Positions 41,938-55,638 of a stretch of 64,000 bases of DNA are shown here, in pieces. The stretch is from NCBI GenBank assembly GCA_963813535.1, contig CAWEZH010000002.1, positions 352,001 through 416,000 on the forward strand, written 5' to 3'. Origin of the DNA: an uncultured Chloroflexia bacterium. GTDB taxonomy: Bacteria; Chloroflexota; Limnocylindria; Limnocylindrales; CSP1-4. Within the stretch, counting starts at the first letter, position 1, and the number at the start of each line of letters is the position of its first letter. Position numbers and translations under genes: made by a program. The notes beneath the pieces are model-generated. The model did not search any database. It was not told the origin of the DNA and was given only the letters and a program-made list of their open reading frames with translations.

Positions 41938-44598
41938 GTGAGCCCCAGGACCCGTCGCCGTCCCGGCGACCCCACCCTCGACGACGCCCTGGGGACCCCG
42001 GGGACCGTTGCCGCCGAGGTGCCGGATGTGGCCCCGGATGAGCCGGAATGGCTGCGCGACGCAGCCGCTGCAACGCCCGAGCGCGACCCGACCGCCCCTC
42101 CGGCACCCCCACCCGACCCCGAGGCGCTTGCCAAGCGTCGAGTCGAGCGCGAGGAGCAGATCCTCCGGGCGCTGAACCCGGAACAGGCGCGCGCCGTGAC
42201 CAGCACCGAAGGGCCGCTGTTGATCCTCGCCGGCGCCGGTTCGGGCAAGACGAGGGTGCTCGCGCACCGCATCGCCTACCTCGTCGGCGTCAAGGGTGTC
42301 CCGCCCTTCCGCATCCTCGCGGTCACGTTCACGAACAAGGCGGCCGCCGAGCTTCGGGAGCGGATCATCAGCCTGGTCGGGGAGGGCGGTCGTGACGTCC
42401 AGGCCGGCACGTTCCACGCCCTGTGTGCCCGCGTGCTCCGCCGCGACGGCGAGGCCATCGGCATCAGCCGCCGGTTCGTGATCTACGACACCGACGACCA
42501 GCAGGCGCTCATGAAGCAGATCCTGCGCGAGGAGGACATGCCGCTCACCGGCGAGTTCCGACCGAGCATCGTCCTCGGGGCGATCAGCCGTGCCAAGAAC
42601 GAGATGCTCGATCCCACGTTCCTCGCGGAGAACGCGGCGAACCACCGCGAACGGACGATCGCCCGGCTCGCGTCGCGCTACCAGCAGCGCCTCCAGACCG
42701 CTCGCGCACTCGATTTCGACGACCTCCTCCTGGAAGCCGTGCGACTGTTCGACGACGCCCCCGACGTCCTCGCCCGCTATCAGGACCGCTGGCACTACCT
42801 CCATGTCGACGAATACCAGGACACGAACCGCGCGCAGTACCTGTGGGTGAACGCGCTCGCCCGCAAGCGCGGCAACCTGGCCGTCGTCGGCGATGACGAC
42901 CAGTCGATCTACTCGTGGCGCGGCGCCGACCTGCGCAACATCCTCGACTTCGAGCGTGACTGGCCGAATGCCACGGTCGTGAAGCTCGAGCGCAACTACC
43001 GGTCGACCCAATTGATCCTCGATGCCGCGCACGCGGTCGTCTCGCGCAACACGGCGCGCAAGGACAAGAAGCTGTGGACCGACATCTCCGGCGGACTGAA
43101 GATCCAGCGGTTCGAGGCGTACAACGAGGAAGAGGAGGCCGAATGGATCGCCCGCCAGGTCGAGGCGCTCGTCGGCGGGCGCGGCACGGAGCTGACCCGA
43201 CGCGCTGACGAGAGCGAGGAGGACACGAGGTTCCGGGCACGCGATATCGCCGTCATGTACCGCATGAACGCCCAGTCCCGAGCGATCGAGGAGTCGTTCC
43301 TCCGGTACGGGCTGCGCTACCAGCTGATCGGCGGCACCCGGTTCTACGCCCGGCGCGAGGTGAAGGACGCCCTGGCCTACCTGCGCGTGCTGCGATCGGA
43401 CACCGACAGTGTCAGCTTCGAACGGATCATCAACGTCCCGGCGCGTTCGATCGGCGACAAGACGATCGAGGCGCTGCGTGCCGCCGCGGCGGCCGACGAC
43501 CCCGCCACCGGCGAGCCGGGCACGTACTGGGGCGCGATCGAACGGGGCGCGAGGGGCGACCTGCCTACCCTGGCGCCGCGCACGCGTAACGCGCTGGGCG
43601 AGTTCGTCGGACTGCTTCGTCGGATGCGGAGTCGGGTCGGGGTGCTGCCGCTGCCCGAGCTCCTCGATGAGGTCCTCGAGGCATCGGGCTACCGCGCGAT
43701 GCTGGCAGACGGGTCAGAGGAGGGCGAGGATCGCTGGGCGAACCTCCTCGAGCTGCGCTCGGTCACGACCCGCTACGACGACCTCGAGCCCGAGGACGCG
43801 CTCGATCGCCTGCTCGAGGAGACGGCCCTCGTGGCCGACCAGGACTCGTATGAAGGTGACGCCGACGCGGTCACGCTGATCACGCTCCACGCCGCGAAGG
43901 GCCTCGAGTTCCCGGTAGTGTTCATCGCCGGTCTGGAGGAGGGCCTGTTCCCCCACAGCCGTGCGCTCGACGACGAGCGCCAGCTCGAGGAGGAGCGCCG
44001 CCTGGCGTACGTCGGCATCACTCGCGCCAAGCGCCGGCTGTACCTGTCGCACGCATGGCGACGGGCGACGTGGGGGATGGGCCAGGCGTCGGTCCCGTCG
44101 CGGTTCCTGCTCGAGATCCCGGCCGAGCTGATGGTCGGCCCCAGGCTCGGGGGGATCGACGAGCCGGAGCGCGATCTCGACCTCGACCTCGTGTTCGGTC
44201 AACGCCGCACGACGCGCTTCAACACCCCGGTCCGCGGCCAGGGTCCGGCATACCGGCAGGGCAGCGGTCGGCCGGGCGCACCCCAGGCTGGCGAGGCCTT
44301 CCGGCCGAGCCGAGACCTTGCCGCACGGCGCGAGGCGTTCGAGGCCGGCGCCCCTTCCGGTTCGCTGGGAGGTCCGGTCACGACGGCACCGCCCGCCCGG
44401 CCGGCGCGACCCGTCATCCCGGGAGAGCGGCAGTTCCGCGACGGCGACCGCGTTCGCCACGGCCGCTGGGGTGACGGCATCGTGGTCACCTCCAAGCTGA
44501 CCAGGAGCGACGAGGAGATCACTGTCGCGTTCAAGGATCCCGGCATCGGGCGCAAGACGATGCTGGCCAGCCTCGCCAACCTGGAGATCGTCGGCTAG
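41938..44598 (+). CDS. pcrA: ATP-dependent DNA helicase PcrA/UvrD
   Basis: LAGAGSGKT, VTFTNKAA, VDEYQDTN, GDDDQSIYSWRGA, TLHAAKGLEF, EERRLAYVGITRA, C-terminal Tudor-like GDRVRHGRWGDG. Confidence 0.96.
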   Translation: MSPRTRRRPGDPTLDDALGTPGTVAAEVPDVAPDEPEWLRDAAAATPERDPTAPPAPPPDPEALAKRRVEREEQILRALNPEQARAVTSTEGPLLILAGAGSGKTRVLAHRIAYLVGVKGVPPFRILAVTFTNKAAAELRERIISLVGEGGRDVQAGTFHALCARVLRRDGEAIGISRRFVIYDTDDQQALMKQILREEDMPLTGEFRPSIVLGAISRAKNEMLDPTFLAENAANHRERTIARLASRYQQRLQTARALDFDDLLLEAVRLFDDAPDVLARYQDRWHYLHVDEYQDTNRAQYLWVNALARKRGNLAVVGDDDQSIYSWRGADLRNILDFERDWPNATVVKLERNYRSTQLILDAAHAVVSRNTARKDKKLWTDISGGLKIQRFEAYNEEEEAEWIARQVEALVGGRGTELTRRADESEEDTRFRARDIAVMYRMNAQSRAIEESFLRYGLRYQLIGGTRFYARREVKDALAYLRVLRSDTDSVSFERIINVPARSIGDKTIEALRAAAAADDPATGEPGTYWGAIERGARGDLPTLAPRTRNALGEFVGLLRRMRSRVGVLPLPELLDEVLEASGYRAMLADGSEEGEDRWANLLELRSVTTRYDDLEPEDALDRLLEETALVADQDSYEGDADAVTLITLHAAKGLEFPVVFIAGLEEGLFPHSRALDDERQLEEERRLAYVGITRAKRRLYLSHAWRRATWGMGQASVPSRFLLEIPAELMVGPRLGGIDEPERDLDLDLVFGQRRTTRFNTPVRGQGPAYRQGSGRPGAPQAGEAFRPSRDLAARREAFEAGAPSGSLGGPVTTAPPARPARPVIPGERQFRDGDRVRHGRWGDGIVVTSKLTRSDEEITVAFKDPGIGRKTMLASLANLEIVG

Positions 44599-44608
44599 GG
44601 CGCCTGGG

Positions 44609-45220
44609 TCAAGCTTGCGCACCCGCGTCCACGAGCAGCGCCGCGATCGCCTCCTGGCCGCGTGCCCTCGCATGGGCCAACGGCCGCACCCCATCGCCGT
44701 CGGCCAGGTCCACGTCGGCGCCATGCTCGATCAGGAGCCGCACGATCTCCTGGTGACGCGGACCACCATCCGATAGGAGGATCGCCTCGAGCAGGGCGGT
44801 CCAGCCGAGTCTGTTGACGTGATCGACATCGACGTCGGATTCGGTGAGGAGATAGCGGACCACCTCGACGTGGCCGCGCTCGGAGGCGGGGATGAGCGCC
44901 ACGCCGCCGTACCGGTTGGTGATCGCCGGATCGGCGCCCGCCTCGTTGGCCAGCGTGAGGATGTCCAGCATGCCCTCGGCTCCGGCGTACAGGAACGGGT
45001 TGTCGCGCTGGGCGTCCTGGGCGTCGACATCGGCGCCGGCGTCGAGCAGCGCCTGCACGGCGTCCGTCGCCCGGGCGATCGTCGCCAGCATGATGGCCGG
45101 GGTACCCGCGGCGTCGCGGGTGGCCGGATCCGCCCCCAGGGCCACTGCCGCTCGGATGGCCGACACGTCGCCCGCCGCCGACGCCGCGAGGAGCCGCTGA
45201 TCCGCATCCGAGGGAGGCAT
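44609..45220 (-). CDS. Ankyrin repeat protein
   Basis: Repeats LLDAGADVDAQD, NRYGGVALIPA, NRLGWTALLEA, LIEHGADVDLAD; ATG 45220 is 6 nt after TACCCT. Confidence 0.88.
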   Translation of the reverse strand: MPPSDADQRLLAASAAGDVSAIRAAVALGADPATRDAAGTPAIMLATIARATDAVQALLDAGADVDAQDAQRDNPFLYAGAEGMLDILTLANEAGADPAITNRYGGVALIPASERGHVEVVRYLLTESDVDVDHVNRLGWTALLEAILLSDGGPRHQEIVRLLIEHGADVDLADGDGVRPLAHARARGQEAIAALLVDAGAQA

Positions 45221-45255
45221 CGCCGTAGGGTAGTCGTTCGCCCTAGGATGGCGAC

Positions 45256-48500
<3,245 letters not shown>

Positions 48501-48521
48501 GCTCGGCCGGTCGGCCGTCGG

Positions 48522-49031
48522 TCAGCGGCGCCCGGTGGCGTAGCGCTCCATGAGTTCCGACACGGCGCCTCGGGCCGCCTGCCATTCCGGCTGATCGCCG
48601 AGGATCACGCCGTCCGGACCCCACTTCCGAAGCTGCGTCATGGCGGTGACGATCAGGTCGTGGGCCAGCTGGCGGTTGCGGCCGGCATCGATCTGACCGG
48701 TCACGAGGTAGCGACGCACGGTCTCGAACGGGGCCGTCCAGCGGCCCCAGCGGATCTTGTCACCTTCGCGCAGCGACTCGAGCCATTCGTCGTCGCCGAC
48801 CGGGTGGCGGTCGTGCTCGGCCATGTGGCGTCGCAGGTCCACGCGCAGGCCGGGGAGCTCGAGGCTGTCGGTGCGCCCGTCGTCGTCGACCGTTCGGTAG
48901 CAGATCGTGCAGCTGGGCAGTTCGGCGTCGGCACGCGGCGACTCGCCGTACGGGAGACCGCAACGACGGCAGAAGGTCGCATCGATGCGCGCGGCTGGCG
49001 TGCCGCACTGCAGACAACTGGTCACGATCAT
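48522..49031 (-). CDS. Hypothetical zinc-binding protein (169 aa)
   Basis: CLQC, CRRC, CTIC and HMAEH motifs; ATG at 49031 within the longer ORF 48522..49679. Confidence 0.7.
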   Translation of the reverse strand: MIVTSCLQCGTPAARIDATFCRRCGLPYGESPRADAELPSCTICYRTVDDDGRTDSLELPGLRVDLRRHMAEHDRHPVGDDEWLESLREGDKIRWGRWTAPFETVRRYLVTGQIDAGRNRQLAHDLIVTAMTQLRKWGPDGVILGDQPEWQAARGAVSELMERYATGRR

Positions 49032-49110
49032 CGATGTGTAGCGTCGCCGCACCGGGGCGAGCGGACCATCCCACCATCGGAGCCGTCCGCCCCGGACCCT
49101 TGGGTCAGCG

Positions 49111-49956
49111 CTATCCCATCGCGTGGTTGAACTGGCCCCAGAGCTGCGCCGGTCGCCACACGATCGGCGAACCGCGCACAAGCCGCGGGGCACGCCACGC
49201 CTCCGTCCAGCCGTCGCGCTCCAGGGCCTCGGCCCCGCGTTCGTTCTCGAGAAGGATCCCGCAGCGCACGCGTCGCTCCGGCGGTGTTGTGTGGCGCCGA
49301 GCGCGGAGGATCGCGAGCGCGTCATCGACGAGCGGCGCGACGGTCGCACCGCCACCCCACGGTGCGCGCACCAGGAAGCCGTCGATGGCACCGTCCTCGG
49401 ACTCCAGGACACGACTGCCTTCGGACGTTGCCAACGCCGCGATGACCGCCGCCCGGTCCTCGCCGGTCGCGACTCGGTCCAGCGCAGCCATGCCGTCGAG
49501 ATCGGTCGGCCTGAACGCCCGGATGGGCCCGTTCCGAACCACGGCGTCCGGCCCGAGACCCGCCGCCTCGAATGTCCGGTACCAGGTCTGCACCTCGAAC
49601 CCGAGGAGCTCATACATGGGCCGACCACGATCCGTGGCCACCAAGACGAGCGTGCGCGCCCCGGCCGCGTCGGCGGCATCGATGACCGCCTGCGTCAGCG
49701 CGCGGCCGAGCCCGTGTCGTCGATGCGCCGGCGCGACCCAGATCGTCCCGATCCAGGCCACCGGTCCATTCACGGTCGCGACCCCCGTGCCGACGATGGT
49801 GTTGTCCGCCTCCGCGACGACCACGTGACAGGCCGGCGAGCGCAGCGCGAAGTCGAACCACGAGCGGCGGTCGCCCCACTGGTCGGCGAGGATCGCGCTG
49901 GCGGCCGGCTCGAGGTCGGCGGCCGTCATGGGTCGAAGCCGCGGGTGGACGGGCAC
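49111..49956 (-). CDS. GNAT family N-acetyltransferase
   Basis: WIGTIWVAPAHRRHGLGRALT, LVATDRGRPMYELLGF, second degenerate GNAT domain; start could be ATG 49929. Confidence 0.88.
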   Translation of the reverse strand: MPVHPRLRPMTAADLEPAASAILADQWGDRRSWFDFALRSPACHVVVAEADNTIVGTGVATVNGPVAWIGTIWVAPAHRRHGLGRALTQAVIDAADAAGARTLVLVATDRGRPMYELLGFEVQTWYRTFEAAGLGPDAVVRNGPIRAFRPTDLDGMAALDRVATGEDRAAVIAALATSEGSRVLESEDGAIDGFLVRAPWGGGATVAPLVDDALAILRARRHTTPPERRVRCGILLENERGAEALERDGWTEAWRAPRLVRGSPIVWRPAQLWGQFNHAMG

Positions 49957-49973
49957 GCGGCTATCATCGGTCG

Positions 49974-50270
49974 ATGGCCACCTTGTCGCGCGCCGACGTC
50001 GAACACGTCGCCCATCTGGCCCGGCTCGGCCTGACCGAGGACGAGCTCGCCACGCTCGAGGGTCAGCTCAACCACATCCTCGACCAGTACGCGATCCTCG
50101 CGACCGTCCCGACCGACCACATCGCGCCGACCGCCCAGACGATCGAGCTCGAGAACATCCTCCGCGACGATGTCGCCCGGCCTTCCCTGCCGGTCGAGGC
50201 GGTGCTCTCCAATACCGCCGATCACGACGACGCGTTCATCGTGGTGCCGGCCATCCTCGGCGGCGAGTGA
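49974..50270 (+). CDS. gatC: Asp/Glu-tRNA amidotransferase subunit C
   Basis: LSRADVEHVAHLARL, LRDD, FIVVPAIL. Confidence 0.95.
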   Translation: MATLSRADVEHVAHLARLGLTEDELATLEGQLNHILDQYAILATVPTDHIAPTAQTIELENILRDDVARPSLPVEAVLSNTADHDDAFIVVPAILGGE

Positions 50271-51850
50271 CGGACCTCACGCGCCTCCGTGCGCATGAGA
50301 TGGCCGCCCGTCTGCGCGCGGGCGAGGTGTCGTCGCGTGAGCTGACCGAGGCGCATCTCGATCTTGCCGAGCGGCAGGACCGCGGCCTGCACGCCTGGCT
50401 GAGCATCGATCGCGAGCGCGCGCTGGAGGAGGCGGACCGCGCCGACGCCCGGCTGCGGGACGGCACGAGCGCAGGGAGCGCGGAGACGCTCCATCCGATG
50501 CTGGGCATCCCGGTCGCCCTCAAGGACCTCGTGTCGGTCAGGGGCGGTCAGGCTACGGCCGGGTCGCGCATCCTCGAGGGGTATCGCGCGCCGTACGACG
50601 CCCATATCACCGAGCGCCTTCGAGCTGTCGGGGCGGTGATCCTCGGCAAGACCAACATGGACGAGTTCGCGATGGGCTCGTCGACCGAGCACTCCGCGTA
50701 TGGCCCGACCGCGAATCCATGGGCACTCGATCGCGTGCCGGGCGGGTCGAGCGGTGGTTCGGCGTCGGCCGTCGCCGCGTTCCACGCCCCCGTCTCGATC
50801 GGCACCGATACCGGCGGGTCGATCCGCCAGCCGGCGGCATTGACCGGCATCGTCGGCATCAAGCCGACCTATGGCCGCGTGAGCCGCTACGGCATCGTCG
50901 CGTTCGCGAGCTCACTCGACCAGATCGGTCCGTTCGCCCGCGATACCCGCGACGCCGCGGCACTGTTGCACGCGGTCGCTGGGCGGGACGAGCGCGATTC
51001 GACCTCGTCGCCGGAACCGGTACCCGAGTCGCTCCTGCGGCTGCCGATCGACGACGACCAGGCCGCCGGGTCGCTTCGTGGCAAGCGGCTGGGGCTCCCA
51101 CGCGAGTATTTCGTCGCGGGCATGGAGCCGGGCGTCGAGGCGCGCGTGCGAGAGGCGGTCGCCGCCCTCGAAGCGGCCGGCGCCCAGGTCGAGGAGGTGT
51201 CGCTGCCGCATACCGAGTACGGCCTCGCCACCTACTACATCGTCGCGCCCGCGGAGGCCTCGGCCAACCTGGCGCGCTACGACGGCATCCGCTTCGGGCC
51301 ACGGCTCGGCGAGGGCCGGGATGTGCTGGGCGACTACCTCGCGACCCGTGGCCGCGGGTTCGGGCCCGAGGTGAAGCGGCGCGTGATGCTCGGCACCTAC
51401 GCGCTCTCAGCGGGCTACTACGACGCCTATTACCTGAAGGCGCAGAAGGTGCGCACGCTGATCAAGGGCGACTTCGACGCGTTGTGGGCCCAAGGCTTCG
51501 ACGCGCTCGTCGCACCGACCTCGCCGACGGTCGCGTTCCGGTTCGGTGCCCGGCTCGAGGATCCCGTGGCGATGTACCTCTCGGATGCCTGCACGTTGCC
51601 CGTGAACATGGCGGGCTTGCCGGGCATCTCGATCCCCGCCGGGCTGTCCGAGGGCCTGCCGGTGGGTCTCCAGTTCATCGGCGCTCCGTGGTCGGAACCC
51701 GCGTTGTTCGAGCTCGCCCGCGGGTATGAGGGCATCACGTCGACAGCCGACTGGCGGACCGTCGAGCCGACAGACCTGCCGGCCCTGGACGACCCATCGG
51801 CGCCGTCCCCGGCCGAGCGGATGGCCGCCTTGTCGGTGGTCGACCGATAG
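50267..51850 (+). CDS. gatA: Asp/Glu-tRNA amidotransferase subunit A
   Basis: GIPVALKD, GKTNMDEFAMGSSTE, PGGSSGGSA, GTDTGGSIRQPA, ALSAGYYDAYY; GTG overlaps gatC stop. Confidence 0.97.
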   Translation: MTDLTRLRAHEMAARLRAGEVSSRELTEAHLDLAERQDRGLHAWLSIDRERALEEADRADARLRDGTSAGSAETLHPMLGIPVALKDLVSVRGGQATAGSRILEGYRAPYDAHITERLRAVGAVILGKTNMDEFAMGSSTEHSAYGPTANPWALDRVPGGSSGGSASAVAAFHAPVSIGTDTGGSIRQPAALTGIVGIKPTYGRVSRYGIVAFASSLDQIGPFARDTRDAAALLHAVAGRDERDSTSSPEPVPESLLRLPIDDDQAAGSLRGKRLGLPREYFVAGMEPGVEARVREAVAALEAAGAQVEEVSLPHTEYGLATYYIVAPAEASANLARYDGIRFGPRLGEGRDVLGDYLATRGRGFGPEVKRRVMLGTYALSAGYYDAYYLKAQKVRTLIKGDFDALWAQGFDALVAPTSPTVAFRFGARLEDPVAMYLSDACTLPVNMAGLPGISIPAGLSEGLPVGLQFIGAPWSEPALFELARGYEGITSTADWRTVEPTDLPALDDPSAPSPAERMAALSVVDR

Positions 51851-51874
51851 TCCTTTCGGGCGGTCGGAAGGGAC
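51850..51874 (+). terminator. Hairpin directly after gatA
   Basis: gtcctttc...gaagggac inverted repeat with G-U pair. Confidence 0.4.
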
Positions 51875-51957
51875 GACGGCCATCAAGTACGATGCATCTG
51901 TCCTAATCCCGGCGGTCGCCGTCACGACCGCCGACCGTCACTGCAGGGGGGATTCCC

Positions 51958-52188
51958 GTGGAGCCGTCCGTCGCCGTCCTGTTCATGTCCGGGATCATGC
52001 TCACCATCGTCGGCTCGGGTCGGGCCTTGGCCATCGTGCGCGTCACGCGCGGCGTCGTCGCGAACGAGCGCGGCGGCACCCAGCCGCTCCCACTCCACGA
52101 GCGATCCGATGTCGCCACGTTGGCGTGGCTCGCCGTGTCGCTGTACGGGCTGATCCTCGCGACGGCCGGAGTCCTGTTCGGCCGCTGA
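51958..52188 (+). CDS. Small two-TM membrane protein (76 aa)
   Basis: Two hydrophobic segments, purine-rich SD-like run upstream, ends convergent with the GH116 gene. Confidence 0.55.
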   Translation: MEPSVAVLFMSGIMLTIVGSGRALAIVRVTRGVVANERGGTQPLPLHERSDVATLAWLAVSLYGLILATAGVLFGR

Positions 52189-52190
52189 CG

Positions 52191-54548
52191 CTAGGCGCGC
52201 GGTTCCGATCGTCGGCGCCGCAGCGCCTCCTCGATCGCCCAGATCGCCAACGGGCGGAGGTAGATCGACGCCCGAAAATCGCCGTTCTCGTCGTAGGCCT
52301 CGGGGGTCCGGAACCAGAGGCCGCGTTCGTACGTGACTTGGGCGGCGCCGCGTGCGGTCTCCCAGCCTTCCGCGTCGAGTCCGCGACCGATCATGAACGC
52401 GGCGAGGGCATACGTCGTGCCGACCCACACCTCGGCCGACTGCTCGCTGGATGCGTCCACCGATCCATCCGGGCGCATCCCGTTGACGGCGCCCATGCGA
52501 CCGCCGCCGAACCGACGCACGTTGTTCGCGTGGATCGTCCGCAGCGCAGCGTCCACGCGGTCCGCCGGGAGCAGGTCGCCGAGCCCGGTCACGTCCCCGT
52601 ACCACTGCCCGCAGAGCTGGTCGGCCATGATGCTCGTCGAGCTCGCGCCGCCACCGTCGTCGTACGCGTAATACCCGTTCCGCCAGAGCCGCCGGTCATA
52701 GGCGACCTGCGCCCGCTCGAACCAGCCCGCCCAGTGGCGCTCGGCCTCGACATCCCCGAGGCATCCGGCCATCCGTTCTGCAGCCGCGGTGGCCGCGAGC
52801 CAGAGTGAGCCGCCGTAGGCGGACGGGCCGTGCATCGGCCACGTGTCGTAGGTCTGATCAGGCTCGCCATCGTGTTCGGGGAGGCCGTCGCCGTCCCTGT
52901 CGGAGGCCGCGAGCCGTCGCAGCACCGCATCGACGGTCGGGAAGACCTCGCGGATCAGGGCCTTGCCGTCCGGTCCGGCCGCAACCGCGTCGCGCCAGGC
53001 CTGGAGGACGAACTTCGGTCCGAGGTCCTTCCAGCCGTTGACGTCCTGGAACCGGTACCAATTCGGCCGATGGAACGGGTCGTCGCCGGGCCCGCCCACG
53101 TCGTGCGGCACCGTGCCGGCGAGCTTGCGCGGGGCGTCGCGACCGGATGCCGTGATGCTGACGAGGGACGGGTCGTCGATGGGGATCGTCGCCAGGAGGT
53201 CGCGGATCCCGCGCAGCTCCAGGTCAGGGAACAGCTCGAGCATCGCGAAGGACGCGTAGAAGTCCACATCGACCGTGTCGTAGAAGGGGTAGTCGACACA
53301 CTCGAGCATCGCGAAACGCCCGACGTCGTCAGGGCCGGGGAGCGGACCGCCGACCTCACCCGCCTCCCAGAACGTGCCGCCGTCGATGAGGAAGTACAGC
53401 TCGTTAAAGAGTGCCGCCCGGTACCACGCGGGCCGGTCCGGATCTTCCAGGACCGGTCCCTGCCAGGCCTCGATGGCCGCCCGCCACGATGGCGTCTCGG
53501 TCAGGGCGTGGACGGCAAGGTCCCACGCCCGGCCGCCGGACCGACCCCAGTCGCGCGTGTACCGCTTCCACCAGCGCCGACCGGACCCGAACTCGACCAT
53601 CGGCAGATCCCACGCCAGGGCGAACCGAACCGACCGGCGTTCGCCCGGTGCGAGGACCGTGGTCGCCGCGAGCGCGGCACCTGCCGGCCCGGCCGTTGGG
53701 GGATCGGACCGGGCCGGCGGCGCCTGGTCAAGGCGGCCATCGGTGGCGAAGTCGTTCCAGAGGTCGGTATCCGCGACGGGATCGAAGGAGGTGGCCGTCG
53801 AAACGTCCCAGCCGTGGTCAGCCGATGCGGCAAGGGCCACGGTGCCGCGCAGGACCGTCGGTGCGGGATCGCCCGGGTCGGCGAACTCCACGCCATCGAT
53901 CGATGCGCCGTCGGAGCGGTGGACGTGTGCTCGACGGGGCGGGCGACCGTGGTCGGGTCCACCGGGAGGGTCGGCGAAGCTCGCCAGGAGCCCGATCGTG
54001 ACCGGCTCGGACGACGCGTTCTCGACCCACCACTCGAACACACCGACCGGCAGCGCGCTGCGCTCGAGGTCGCCTGCGATGACCGGCGAGAGCTGCTCGC
54101 CGACGAGTCGCACCCCGACGACCTCTGGTTCGAAGGTCTGCCACGCACGTGGGAAGAGCGCGTGATAGGTCCCGCCACCGACCGGCACGTTCCAGCCCCA
54201 GTCGGGCAGGTCGGCGGTCGGCGGGCGGACGCCCAGCACCGTGGCCTGCGAGGTCCCATCGGGGCGGCCGACGAACAGCGCGAATCCATCGGCGGCGACC
54301 GGCTCGAACCGATGGCGCCCGACGTCGAGATGCCAGCGCGACACGTCCCCTCGGAACGTGCGCCCGATGCTCCCCGTGCCGAGACCGCCGATCGGCACGC
54401 CCGCCCATTCGCCGTCGTCCAGCATCGGGCTGCTGACCCGCGGCCGCCCGACGGTCGGACACGGTTCACCGATGCGCCGTTGCCAGGCGACCTCGGGGAT
54501 GACGGGCCAGTCGAGGTCGGTGTCGCGGTCGGCCTCCTCGACCGTCAC
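52191..54548 (-). CDS. Glycoside hydrolase family 116 (beta-glucosidase / non-lysosomal glucosylceramidase-like)
   Basis: GVPIGGLGTGSIGRTFRG, ALFNELYF, LECVDYPFYDTVDV (nucleophile region), PHDVG, WKDL, PDQTYDTW (acid/base region), FRTPEAY, YLRPLAIW. Confidence 0.93.
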   Translation of the reverse strand: MTVEEADRDTDLDWPVIPEVAWQRRIGEPCPTVGRPRVSSPMLDDGEWAGVPIGGLGTGSIGRTFRGDVSRWHLDVGRHRFEPVAADGFALFVGRPDGTSQATVLGVRPPTADLPDWGWNVPVGGGTYHALFPRAWQTFEPEVVGVRLVGEQLSPVIAGDLERSALPVGVFEWWVENASSEPVTIGLLASFADPPGGPDHGRPPRRAHVHRSDGASIDGVEFADPGDPAPTVLRGTVALAASADHGWDVSTATSFDPVADTDLWNDFATDGRLDQAPPARSDPPTAGPAGAALAATTVLAPGERRSVRFALAWDLPMVEFGSGRRWWKRYTRDWGRSGGRAWDLAVHALTETPSWRAAIEAWQGPVLEDPDRPAWYRAALFNELYFLIDGGTFWEAGEVGGPLPGPDDVGRFAMLECVDYPFYDTVDVDFYASFAMLELFPDLELRGIRDLLATIPIDDPSLVSITASGRDAPRKLAGTVPHDVGGPGDDPFHRPNWYRFQDVNGWKDLGPKFVLQAWRDAVAAGPDGKALIREVFPTVDAVLRRLAASDRDGDGLPEHDGEPDQTYDTWPMHGPSAYGGSLWLAATAAAERMAGCLGDVEAERHWAGWFERAQVAYDRRLWRNGYYAYDDGGGASSTSIMADQLCGQWYGDVTGLGDLLPADRVDAALRTIHANNVRRFGGGRMGAVNGMRPDGSVDASSEQSAEVWVGTTYALAAFMIGRGLDAEGWETARGAAQVTYERGLWFRTPEAYDENGDFRASIYLRPLAIWAIEEALRRRRSEPRA

Positions 54549-54558
54549 CGCGCGACCG

Positions 54559-55638
54559 TCATTTCTCGACCCCGGTCATCACGACGCCGCGCATGAAGGC
54601 GCGCTGGGACAGGAAGAACACGACGACGGGCACGAGGATCGCGAGGATGGCGCTCGCCTGGACGAGCGGTGGGCGGGTCACGTACAGCGCGGCGAACTTC
54701 TGCATGCCGAGCGACAACGGCCACAGGTCCGGGTTGCCGCCGACGTACACCAGCGACATCAGGAACTCGTTCCACGCGAAGAAGAAGTGGAACAGGGTGA
54801 CCGCCACGATCGCCGGGATCGCCTGGGGCGCGACCACCGACACGAGGATGCGGAACGGGCTGGCGCCGTCGATCATCGCCGCCTCGTCGAGATCGGTCGG
54901 GATCGTCAGGAAGTACTGGCGCAGCAGGAACACGTTGTAGGCGTTCGCGAAGAAGTGGGGGACGATGAGCGGTAGCCACGTGCCGGTCCAGCCGAGCCGC
55001 GTGAACAGGATGTAGGTCGGGACGAGGGTGACCTGGGCACTCAGCATGATCGTGGAGAGCAGCACGACGAACAGCGGCCCACGTCCGCGGAACCGGAAGC
55101 GCGAGAACCCGTACGCGACCAGGACGGCCGAGCCGACCGCCCCGATCGTGCTGACCACCGCGATGATGGCCGTGTTCCGGAGCAGTTTCGGGAACTCGAT
55201 CTGCTCCCACGCGATCGCGAAGTTCTCGACCTTCGGATCGAACGCGTATGCCGGCTCGAGGGAACGCCAGCGTCCCTCCCAGGTGAACGTGCCGGCGGCC
55301 GGGTTCGCCGGGTCGACCATCACCGACGACTCGCGACCCTTCTGCACGATCGCGAGCTCGCGCACCACGCCATCGATCGGCACCGCGTAGATCGGCAGCG
55401 CCTCGCCCTCGTACGTGAATGTCCGGGCCGAAGCCGGGTAGAGCGGCGCGGCCGGATCGGCGACCTGGGTCTGGTCCTTGAGCGAGGTCAGCGCCATGTA
55501 GGCGAGCGGCATGAGGAAGGCCGACAGGATCGCCAGCGCGACGAGGAAGATCGCCGCCCGTCCGGTGAAGCGCCGCACCGAGCGCTGGAACGACGTGCTC
55601 GCGACGGCGGCCGGTGCGGGGCGCGGGATCGCGGTCAT
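54559..55638 (-). CDS. Carbohydrate ABC transporter permease (MalG-like)
   Basis: VAYGFSRFRFRGR, FLLRQYFLTIP..LDEAAMIDGAS, WNEF; ATG 55638 overlaps upstream stop. Confidence 0.92.
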   Translation of the reverse strand: MTAIPRPAPAAVASTSFQRSVRRFTGRAAIFLVALAILSAFLMPLAYMALTSLKDQTQVADPAAPLYPASARTFTYEGEALPIYAVPIDGVVRELAIVQKGRESSVMVDPANPAAGTFTWEGRWRSLEPAYAFDPKVENFAIAWEQIEFPKLLRNTAIIAVVSTIGAVGSAVLVAYGFSRFRFRGRGPLFVVLLSTIMLSAQVTLVPTYILFTRLGWTGTWLPLIVPHFFANAYNVFLLRQYFLTIPTDLDEAAMIDGASPFRILVSVVAPQAIPAIVAVTLFHFFFAWNEFLMSLVYVGGNPDLWPLSLGMQKFAALYVTRPPLVQASAILAILVPVVVFFLSQRAFMRGVVMTGVEK

